Part shown: positions 1 through 6,780 of the stretch, in pieces
How the letters are laid out: every line of letters begins with the position of its first letter
Numbering within the stretch: position 1 is the first letter of the stretch
DNA from: an uncultured bacterium
Lineage (GTDB): Bacteria > UBA8481
DNA length: 20,000 bases
NCBI GenBank assembly: GCA_964499705.1
Contig: CAZCME010000003.1
Location: 365,960-385,959, forward strand
Reading direction: 5' to 3'
Position numbers and translations under genes: made by a program
The notes under the pieces: generated by a model
Databases searched by the model: none
What the model was told of the DNA's origin: nothing
What the model saw: only the letters and a program-made list of their open reading frames with translations

Positions 1-1386
1 CACAACACGTTCCAGTTCGCGTTTCATGGCGTCTCCCGGTACCTGCTCTGGACGTTCCTGCACGATCACCCGTTTTATAACTCTGAGCAGGTCTCGCAGC
101 GGTATGTCCGTGTCAGCGCGGAGAAGGTCTTCACGCCGCCGCTCTCGGAACGAGGCCGCGAACGATTCGCGGCCGCCGTGTCCGACGCGGCCGGGACGTA
201 TCACAGGCTGACGGAGATCCTGGAAGAGCCCGCGCGCGATGCCTACGCGGATGTCTTTACGGGCCGGAGGTTGTCGCTTCAGGCGGAAGGCGACAAGAGC
301 AGGTGGCACCGCGATATTGTCAAGAAATCGCAGGAGGTCGCGCGCTATGTTCTACCGCTCGCGACGATGGCGCATCTCCATCACACCGTTTCCGGGTTGA
401 CGATCCACCGGTATCGCCGTCTCTCCAACACCATCGAGTGCGGAACGGAGATGAAACTCCTGATCGACTCCATGGTGAAGGAAGTCGTGCGGCACGATCC
501 CCTCTTCTTCTCGCAGGCGGAAGATCCGCTGCCGCTCGATGAAACTCCGGAACGCAGGCTGCTTTCGCGGATGTTCTCGTCCGGGCCGAACGCGGAATCG
601 AAGACGACGGATTGGATCCGAGCCTTCGACAAGGAACTCTCCGGCCGGACCTCGAAGCTCCTCGATTGTTCCTCGAATGCCGAAGCGACACTCGCGCGCG
701 CGGTCCGCACGGTCATGGGGGCGGGATCCGATACCATGTCCGACGACGAGGCGATCCGCTGGGCCCTGGACCCGGAACGGAATTCCCACCTCTGCGATTC
801 CCTGAACCTTTCCACGCACGGGAAACTGACGAAGACGCTGGTGCACCCGCACTTCACCTTCGCCAGGAAACTTTCGCTCTCCGCCGATGCGCAGGACCAG
901 CGCCACCGCTGCGTTCCCGGTTCGCGTCCGCTCCTGGCGAGCCATTTCCGCCCCTCCACCCCCGACTACATCGTGCCGACGCTGGTCACGAAATCCGCGG
1001 AAGCGGAGGATCTGTATCACGGCTTCATGAAGAGGCTCTGGATCACGCTCGCGACGATGCTCGAAGAAGGCGAACCGATGGAATCCGTCCTGTATCTGCT
1101 GCCGAATGCTTTTCCGGTAAGATTCGAGGAATCGGGCGACCTGCTTTCGCTCCGTCACAAGTGGGCGATGCGCCTCTGCTATAACGCGCAGGAGGAAATC
1201 TGGCGCGCGTCGTGCGACGAAGTGGAGCAGGTTCGCGCGATCTTCCCGCGCATCGGCCGCTGGATGCTCCCGCCGTGCGGCCTGCGCCTCGCGGCCGGCG
1301 TCAAGCCGTTCTGCCCCGAAGGCGCCTCATACTGCGGCGTGCGGGTCTGGACGATGGATCTGGCAGATTACAGGCGGGTGATATGA
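1..1386 (+). CDS. thyX: FAD-dependent thymidylate synthase, tandem-domain (long) form; 5'-truncated by window edge
   Basis: Frame is open from base 1 (HNTFQFAFHGVSRYLLWTFLHDHPFYNSEQVSQRYV..., ThyX-type S-Q-R-Y motif) and continuous with track ORF 178..1386. The second half has QDQRHR and YLLPNA...LRHKWAMRLCYNAQEEIW, typical ThyX motifs. Adjacent to nrdR and dut. Confidence 0.88.
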   Translation, partial: HNTFQFAFHGVSRYLLWTFLHDHPFYNSEQVSQRYVRVSAEKVFTPPLSERGRERFAAAVSDAAGTYHRLTEILEEPARDAYADVFTGRRLSLQAEGDKSRWHRDIVKKSQEVARYVLPLATMAHLHHTVSGLTIHRYRRLSNTIECGTEMKLLIDSMVKEVVRHDPLFFSQAEDPLPLDETPERRLLSRMFSSGPNAESKTTDWIRAFDKELSGRTSKLLDCSSNAEATLARAVRTVMGAGSDTMSDDEAIRWALDPERNSHLCDSLNLSTHGKLTKTLVHPHFTFARKLSLSADAQDQRHRCVPGSRPLLASHFRPSTPDYIVPTLVTKSAEAEDLYHGFMKRLWITLATMLEEGEPMESVLYLLPNAFPVRFEESGDLLSLRHKWAMRLCYNAQEEIWRASCDEVEQVRAIFPRIGRWMLPPCGLRLAAGVKPFCPEGASYCGVRVWTMDLADYRRVI

Positions 1387-1485
1387 GACGCATGAGGGAT
1401 GATCTATGAAGCACGAAGAAAACAAAACCGTCGAGAGTCGAACGGTGTACTTCATCCTTCATCCTTCATCCTTCATCCTTATCTT
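1383..1485. repeat. Intergenic heptamer repeat element: (CTTCATC)x4 at 1450-1477 with a degenerate inverted arm at about 1390-1416
   Basis: Four exact CTTCATC copies plus CTT. Upstream ATGA/ACGA recurs with period 7 at 1392, 1399, 1406 and 1413, complementary to the TCAT cores. Confidence 0.8.
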
Positions 1486-1944
1486 ATGATCTGTCCCGGT
1501 TGCAACGCCGAGGAGACCGGCGTCATCGATTCGAGGACGACGGAGCACGGCATGGTGATCCGGCGGCGGCGCGAGTGCGAGAAGTGCGGGCGGAGGTTCA
1601 CGACGTATGAGCGGATGGAGCAGGAGCCGATCTATGTCGTGAAGAAAGACGGCACCCGGGAGCTGTTCTCGCGCGAGAAGCTCCTGAAGGGCATCATGAC
1701 CGCGTGCCGCAAGACGAGCCTGCCGCTGGAGACGCTGGAGGAGTTCGTCGCCAGCATCGAGCGGACGATCCGGGACGAAGGCGGCCGCGAGGTGGACTCC
1801 GTCTCGCTCGGGAAGGAAGTCCTCTCGGGATTGAAGCTCCTGGATCCCGTCGCCTACATCCGCTTCGCATCCGTGTACAAGGAATTTGATTCGGTGGAAT
1901 CTTTCCGGCAGACTCTGGCCGACTTCGAGGAGAAGAAATCATGA
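1486..1944 (+). CDS. nrdR: Transcriptional repressor NrdR (Zn ribbon + ATP cone)
   Basis: From ATG 1486: MICPGC...VIDSR...IRRRRECEKCGRRFTTYER, VVKKDG.RE.F.REKL, VAYIRFASVYKEF. The track start at 1399 translates the heptamer repeat and is probably not real. Confidence 0.97.
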   Translation: MICPGCNAEETGVIDSRTTEHGMVIRRRRECEKCGRRFTTYERMEQEPIYVVKKDGTRELFSREKLLKGIMTACRKTSLPLETLEEFVASIERTIRDEGGREVDSVSLGKEVLSGLKLLDPVAYIRFASVYKEFDSVESFRQTLADFEEKKS

Positions 1945-2435
1945 CGAACGCATTCATCGACCAGCCCCCGACGCCGTTGCGCCTTTCGGCCGTTCCCGTC
2001 AAGGTCCGGTCCATCCGGGAAGATGCCCGGATTCCGAAGCAGGCGCACGCCGGAGACGCCGGCTTCGATCTTCACGCCGCCGGCGACGAGATCGTTCTCC
2101 AGCCCGGCGACCGCGCGAAGGTGCCGACCGGTCTCGCCTTCGAGATTCCGGTCGGCTATGAAATCCAGGTCCGCCCCCGGTCGGGCCTGGCGATCAAGTC
2201 GGGCATCACCTGCCTCAACTCCCCCGGCACGATCGACTCCGGATATCGCGGCGAGGTCTGCGTCATTCTCTACAACGCCTCCCGCGAGCCCTTCACAGTC
2301 CGTTCCGGCGACCGCGTCGCCCAGGCCGTTCTCGCCCGCGTCGAGTCGATTCTCTGGGTCGAGAGCGATGAACTGGAGTCGAGTTCCAGGGGCGAAGGCG
2401 GTTTCGGCAGCACGGGAGTCGGCGGGAAAGGCTGA
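1941..2435 (+). CDS. dut: dUTP diphosphatase (trimeric dUTPase)
   Basis: Motifs AGFDL, QVRPRSGLA, NSPGTIDSGYRGE, GDRVAQ, RGEGGFGSTG. ATGA overlap with the nrdR stop. Confidence 0.97.
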   Translation: MTNAFIDQPPTPLRLSAVPVKVRSIREDARIPKQAHAGDAGFDLHAAGDEIVLQPGDRAKVPTGLAFEIPVGYEIQVRPRSGLAIKSGITCLNSPGTIDSGYRGEVCVILYNASREPFTVRSGDRVAQAVLARVESILWVESDELESSSRGEGGFGSTGVGGKG

Positions 2436-2441
2436 CACGTC

Positions 2442-3005
2442 TCAGGCCTGATCCACTTCCGTCAAAAGTTTTTCCAATAGCTGGTCAAGCCCAAGTTCCT
2501 CGGCCCATCGTCTGAGATAATCGCGATCCAAGTCGTCGCGGTTCACAAGAGCCACCCCGAGCGCGTCCTGATACTGACGTTCGGAATGAGATGATTTCGC
2601 CCATTCCAGTTTCGAAAGAATGGCATCTTCCGACGTGGTGATGGAAACCAGGAGCTCGCCCATGCGAACCGTTGTGCGCCGGCTGAACTCCTCCCTGCTG
2701 AACGGCCGCTCTTTCCTGATCATGAAATCGACTTTCCAGCCGCCTTCCATGTCGACGATGTTGAATATATCCGCCCGGGCCAGAGCATCAAGGGCGGCCT
2801 GGCGATCGGAATAAAAATCAGGGCCGAGGCTCGAAAGAAGTTTCTCGATCTGCGCCTTGGACGGCGCAATGACAATATCGACATCGTTGGTGGCTCGTGC
2901 TTCACCATGAAAACTGCTGCTGATCGAACCAGTCAGCATGTACGAAATGCCCAGGTCCTCAAGCGATCCGACCAATTTGCGAAGAAGGTCCTCCTGGCTT
3001 CTCAA
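2442..3005 (-). CDS. Pol-beta-superfamily nucleotidyltransferase, DUF1814/AbiEii/MenT-like (putative toxin)
   Basis: YMLTGSISSSFHGEARATNDVDIVI (GS...R.T.DxD signature), KVDF, EDAILSKLEW...RQYQD. Likely TTG start at 3005 overlapping the upstream stop (TTGA, 3002-3005). Confidence 0.75.
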   Translation of the reverse strand: MRSQEDLLRKLVGSLEDLGISYMLTGSISSSFHGEARATNDVDIVIAPSKAQIEKLLSSLGPDFYSDRQAALDALARADIFNIVDMEGGWKVDFMIRKERPFSREEFSRRTTVRMGELLVSITTSEDAILSKLEWAKSSHSERQYQDALGVALVNRDDLDRDYLRRWAEELGLDQLLEKLLTEVDQA

Positions 3006-3244
3006 GGTGCCACGTCGGCTCCGGGAAAACATCGGGCAACAAGGGATGGTCCCATGCTGAGGCGCATTCGGGCGAGGCGTACCTGGCGTTCGTCGTAATC
3101 CGGATGTCGATGCCGGATTCCTGATTCGACGGTCAGGCGGAGACCTTCGCACAGGCGAAAGGTCAGATCGATCCTTCCTTGAATCTTCATGCGACGCAGG
3201 GAGGAAATGTGATGGATTCTGGCCTCTTTGGAAGTGTCATTCAT
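3002..3244 (-). CDS. Small (~80 aa) helical protein, putative antitoxin partner of the nucleotidyltransferase
   Basis: MNDTSKEARIHHISSLRRMKIQGRIDLTFRLCEGLRLTVESGIRHRHPDYDERQVRLARMRL...; 4-nt overlap with the NTase gene and a promoter directly upstream. Start is ATG 3244 or 3250. Confidence 0.65.
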   Translation of the reverse strand: MNDTSKEARIHHISSLRRMKIQGRIDLTFRLCEGLRLTVESGIRHRHPDYDERQVRLARMRLSMGPSLVARCFPGADVAP

Positions 3245-3262
3245 GAGCATCAACTCAGTCTC

Positions 3263-3294
3263 ATTGTACCAAGAATATCCCGTTTGGTCAGACC
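3263..3294 (-). promoter_or_regulatory. Sigma70-type promoter for the putative TA operon, with a palindrome over the -35
   Basis: Minus strand reads CTGACC (3291-3286), 17-nt spacer, TACAAT (3268-3263), with an extended -10 TGn. The palindrome GGTC-A-GACC at 3286-3294 overlaps the -35. Confidence 0.6.
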
Positions 3295-3427
3295 GGATTT
3301 TCATGGGCTCCATTTTTCGGCGCGCACGGCGAAGAAAATGGCCATGGAGGCATTTTCGCCGGAGATCCATGATTATTTGCTCACCCTGATCTGCCGTCGT
3401 TCAGATGAAATAATGTGCATAAATCTG

Positions 3428-3456
3428 TTATGATCCGCAGGTCGCTCCTATATAAT
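3428..3456 (+). promoter_or_regulatory. Putative sigma70 promoter for the cheBR-kinase operon
   Basis: Perfect TATAAT at 3451-3456 in an AT-rich divergent intergenic region. Weak -35 TTATGA (3428-3433) at 17-nt spacing. Confidence 0.5.
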
Positions 3457-3504
3457 TCTCTCGCCGGGTTCACGTGACGGTATCTCATCCGGGGGACGGG
3501 ACAC

Positions 3505-6500
3505 ACGAAGAAAAGAACGGAAAAGACCGCGGGCGGCCGCCGTGTCGCGAACCGCAAGGGTAAAAAATCGCCTCAACGTTCTTCGCCCGTCCGGGACGCC
3601 AAGGCATCCCGAAAACCGTGCCTCGTCGTCGGAATCGGCGCATCCGCCGGAGGTCTCCGCGCGTGCGAAAAGTTCTTCTCCGCCATGCCCGCCCGGTCCG
3701 GCATGGCTTTCGTCGTCATCTTTCATCTCGATCCCACGCAGAAAAGTCTCACCCCGGAAATTCTCCAGAAGGATACCGCCATGAGGGTGGTCGAAGCGCG
3801 CGAAGGAGCCGACGTCGAGCAGGACTGCGTCTATGTCATTCCTCCGAACAAGATGCTCTCGATCCGACTCGGCAAGCTCCGCATGACGTCTCCCGCCGAA
3901 CCGAGGGGCCACCGTCTGCCTGTCGACTTTTTCCTCAAGTCGCTTGCGATCGATCAGAACACGCGGTCCGTCGGCATCATTTTCTCCGGTTCGGACACCG
4001 ACGGCACCCAGGGCATCCGCGCCATCAAGGAGCTGGGAGGCTTCACCATGGCGCAGGAGGAATCCACCGCGCAGTACGGAGGCATGCCTCATAACGCGAT
4101 CGCGACGGGAATGGTGGATCGCGTGCTTCCCGTGGAGAAGATGCCGGACGTGCTCGTGGAGCACGCGCGGAAACGGACTCCCGCTTTGACCGTCGAGGAG
4201 GAAGTGCTCCGGAAGGAGGATTTTTCCTCCCAGCTCGGCGCCGTCTTCGCCCTCCTCCGGACCCGCACGGGCCATGATTTCTCCGGGTACAAGCGGAGCA
4301 CGCTCGTGCGGCGTCTGGAGCGGCGCATGCACCTGCTGCGCCATAAGGATCTTCCGGAGTATATCGATTACATGCGCTCCAACGTCCAGGAAGCGGAGTT
4401 TCTCGTGAAGGAACTCCTGATCGGAGTGACGAATTTCTTCCGCGAACCCAAGGTCTTCGCGATGCTCCGGTCGAAGATCATTCCCAAGCTCCTGCAGAAA
4501 CATTCCACCGGCGGCTCCCTTCGCGTCTGGGTGCCGGGCTGCGCCACGGGCGAGGAGGCTTACAGCATCGCGATCCTTCTGGTGGAACGCATGATGGAGT
4601 TGAAGGAGAATTTCCGGATCCAGATCTTCGCGACGGATATCCACGAGGATGCCCTGGCGACCGCCCGGAGCGGGCTGTATCCCGAGAGCATCGCGTCCGA
4701 GGTCTCGGTCGATCGATTGAAGTGGTTCTTCACGAAGGAAGGCAACGGGTACCGCATCAGCAAGCAGATCCGCGACATGATGGTCTTCGCCATCCACGAC
4801 CTCGTGCGCGATGCCCCCTTTTCCCGCCTCGACTTCATCTCCTGCCGCAATGTCATGATCTACCTCAACAAGGATCTGCAGAAGAAACTGATCCCGCTCT
4901 TTCATTACACCTTGAAGCCCGACGGTTACCTGATGCTCGGAACGTCCGAATCGATCGGCGACTTCGCGGACATGTTCACGGCCGTGGACGCGAAGATGAA
5001 GGTCTATCATCGCCGGCCGGCGGCGCGCCGCGTGGAGCCTGTCTATCCGCTCCTGCCGTCCTTCCAACCCCTCCGCCAGAATTCCCGCTCCGCGGATCCG
5101 GCGCACTCCGGAGACCTGAGCGTCGGGGCGCTGGCGGAGAAGAATATCGTGAGCCGCCTGGCGCCGACCTGGATCGTCGTGAACGAAAATCACGACATCC
5201 TCCACTTTTCCGAAAAGACAAGCGCCTTCCTCGAACCGGCCGGCGGCATGGCGAGCCTGAACCTTCTGAAGATGGCCCGCGAAGGGCTCCGCCTGGATCT
5301 GCGGGCCGCAATTCACCGGTGCCTGAAGACGCGGAAGGATGTCACCGTGGACGGCGTCAAGATGAAGAAGAACGGACATATCGCGACCGTCCGGATCCTC
5401 GTCAGCCCGCTCGGAGAGACCGAATCCCTGGAAGGCCTCGCGCTCGTACTGTTCGAGGAGATCGCGCCTCCTGTCAAGGGAGCGAAGAAACAGGTTCTGC
5501 CGAAGAATGACCCGGTCCTCGTGCATCTCGAGAGCGAGCTGAAGGAGGCCAAGGAGCAGCTCCAGATGATGATCGAGGAATTCGAGACGTCGAACGAAGA
5601 GCTCCGATCGTCGAACGAGGAGCTTTCCTCGATGAACGAGGAGCTGCAATCGTCGAACGAGGAACTGTCCACGTCGAAGGAGGAGCTTCAGTCCCTGAAT
5701 GAGGAGATGTCGATGATGAACCAGGAACTGGAGAGCAAGGTGGAGGAATTATCGCGGTCCAACAACGACATGCATAATCTGTTATCGTCCACCGACATCG
5801 CGACGATCTTCCTGGACGGCAACCTCCGGATCAAGCGTTTCACCGCCCCCGCCGCGAAGATCCTTCCTCTTCTGCCCACCGACGTGGGCCGACCTATCCA
5901 GGACCTGGCTCAGAACATCCTGTATGAAAACCTTCCGCGCGACGCCGAATCCGTTCTCCGCCTCCTCGTGCCCCAGGAAAAGATCCTGCGGGCCAGGGAC
6001 AATTGCTGGTACGTCATGCGGATCATGCCGTACAGGACGATCGAGAACGTGATCGAGGGAGTCGTGGTGACGTTCACCGATGTCACGACGCTCCGGAAGA
6101 CGGAGGATTCGCTTCGTGGATCCCTGCAGGGCAAGGAACTGCTTCTTCGTGAGATTCACCATCGCGTGAAGAATAATCTTCAGATCGTTACGAGCTTCCT
6201 CCGGATCCGGTCGGCTGACTTGAAGGATGCCCGGGCCCAGGCGATCCTGGCGGACTGCCAGAATCTTCTCCGGTCCATCGCGATCATTCACGAGAAGCTC
6301 CTGAAGACGGGCGAGATCCGCGATGTGAAGTTCGGCGAGTTCGCCGACAATATCGTCGGCGAGCTGCGACTGGCGAAGGGGCAGGGCTCGGCGGCGATCG
6401 AGGTAGCCTGCTCCGGCACGGACGTTCTCCTCGATCTCGATACCGCCATCCCCTGCGCCATGATCCTGAACGAACTCGTCACCAACGCCATCCGGCATGC

Positions 6501-6759
6501 CTTCACCGCGGGCGGCAAGGGAATGATCCGGCTGGATCTGCAGGAAATCAACGACGATGAACTCGAGATGCTGGTGGAGGACAACGGCGTCGGATTGCCT
6601 GCCGGGGTGAATTTCAATAATGAAAAATATTTCGGCCTGCAGCTCGTCAAGATGCTGGTCGCGTCCCAGCTCCATGGGCAGGTGGAGATCGAGTCGGTGA
6701 AGCGGGGGACGCGCTTCGCGATCCGGTTCAGGAGACAGGCGAAAAAAGCGGGGGGGTAA
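3505..6759 (+). CDS. CheB methylesterase-CheR methyltransferase-coiled coil-PAS-HisKA_2/HATPase fusion; true start uncertain (first ATG 3685, frame open from 3478)
   Basis: In-frame VVGIGASAGG upstream of 3685, then VIFHL and SGSDTDG (CheB S/H/D triad). CheR motifs GVTNFFRE, RVWVPGCATGEEAYS, IFATDI, DFISCRNVMIY. SNEELQS heptads, a PAS_10-like region, LREIHHRVKNNLQ, NELVTNAIRHAF, DNGVG and FGLQLV. Confidence 0.9.
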   Translation, partial: TKKRTEKTAGGRRVANRKGKKSPQRSSPVRDAKASRKPCLVVGIGASAGGLRACEKFFSAMPARSGMAFVVIFHLDPTQKSLTPEILQKDTAMRVVEAREGADVEQDCVYVIPPNKMLSIRLGKLRMTSPAEPRGHRLPVDFFLKSLAIDQNTRSVGIIFSGSDTDGTQGIRAIKELGGFTMAQEESTAQYGGMPHNAIATGMVDRVLPVEKMPDVLVEHARKRTPALTVEEEVLRKEDFSSQLGAVFALLRTRTGHDFSGYKRSTLVRRLERRMHLLRHKDLPEYIDYMRSNVQEAEFLVKELLIGVTNFFREPKVFAMLRSKIIPKLLQKHSTGGSLRVWVPGCATGEEAYSIAILLVERMMELKENFRIQIFATDIHEDALATARSGLYPESIASEVSVDRLKWFFTKEGNGYRISKQIRDMMVFAIHDLVRDAPFSRLDFISCRNVMIYLNKDLQKKLIPLFHYTLKPDGYLMLGTSESIGDFADMFTAVDAKMKVYHRRPAARRVEPVYPLLPSFQPLRQNSRSADPAHSGDLSVGALAEKNIVSRLAPTWIVVNENHDILHFSEKTSAFLEPAGGMASLNLLKMAREGLRLDLRAAIHRCLKTRKDVTVDGVKMKKNGHIATVRILVSPLGETESLEGLALVLFEEIAPPVKGAKKQVLPKNDPVLVHLESELKEAKEQLQMMIEEFETSNEELRSSNEELSSMNEELQSSNEELSTSKEELQSLNEEMSMMNQELESKVEELSRSNNDMHNLLSSTDIATIFLDGNLRIKRFTAPAAKILPLLPTDVGRPIQDLAQNILYENLPRDAESVLRLLVPQEKILRARDNCWYVMRIMPYRTIENVIEGVVVTFTDVTTLRKTEDSLRGSLQGKELLLREIHHRVKNNLQIVTSFLRIRSADLKDARAQAILADCQNLLRSIAIIHEKLLKTGEIRDVKFGEFADNIVGELRLAKGQGSAAIEVACSGTDVLLDLDTAIPCAMILNELVTNAIRHAFTAGGKGMIRLDLQEINDDELEMLVEDNGVGLPAGVNFNNEKYFGLQLVKMLVASQLHGQVEIESVKRGTRFAIRFRRQAKKAGG
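5590..5736 (+). repeat. Coding 21-nt imperfect tandem repeat (about 7 units) encoding the SNEELxS coiled coil
   Basis: TCGAACGAAGAGCTCCGATCG / TCGAACGAGGAGCTTTCCTCG / ATGAACGAGGAGCTGCAATCG ...; a standard feature of CheB/CheR fusion proteins. Confidence 0.85.
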
Positions 6760-6780
6760 TATGATGGACGGAGATATATC

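Noticed and set aside
1399-1485. 29-aa N-terminal extension of NrdR in the ORF track
   Set aside because: It is a translation of the heptamer repeat (LHPSSFILHP); NrdR proteins begin at MxCPxC (1486).
1-2435. Prophage origin for thyX/dut
   Set aside because: nrdR linkage, host-like composition and the absence of phage structural or integrase genes indicate chromosomal housekeeping genes.
3430-3477. In-frame ATG and TGA upstream of cheBR suggesting selenocysteine or stop readthrough
   Set aside because: The peptide has no domain similarity, no convincing SECIS hairpin follows, and the ATG lies upstream of the likely -10 box.
3448-5649. 733-aa antisense ORF (and similar 468, 452 and 600 aa antisense ORFs over the kinase and GH13 genes)
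   Set aside because: They mirror well-supported genes on the opposite strand, have no recognisable motifs, and are expected shadow ORFs in GC-rich DNA.
5590-5736. Regular 21-nt repeats resembling a CRISPR array
   Set aside because: No spacers, in-frame, encodes the standard CheBR coiled coil, and no cas genes are present.
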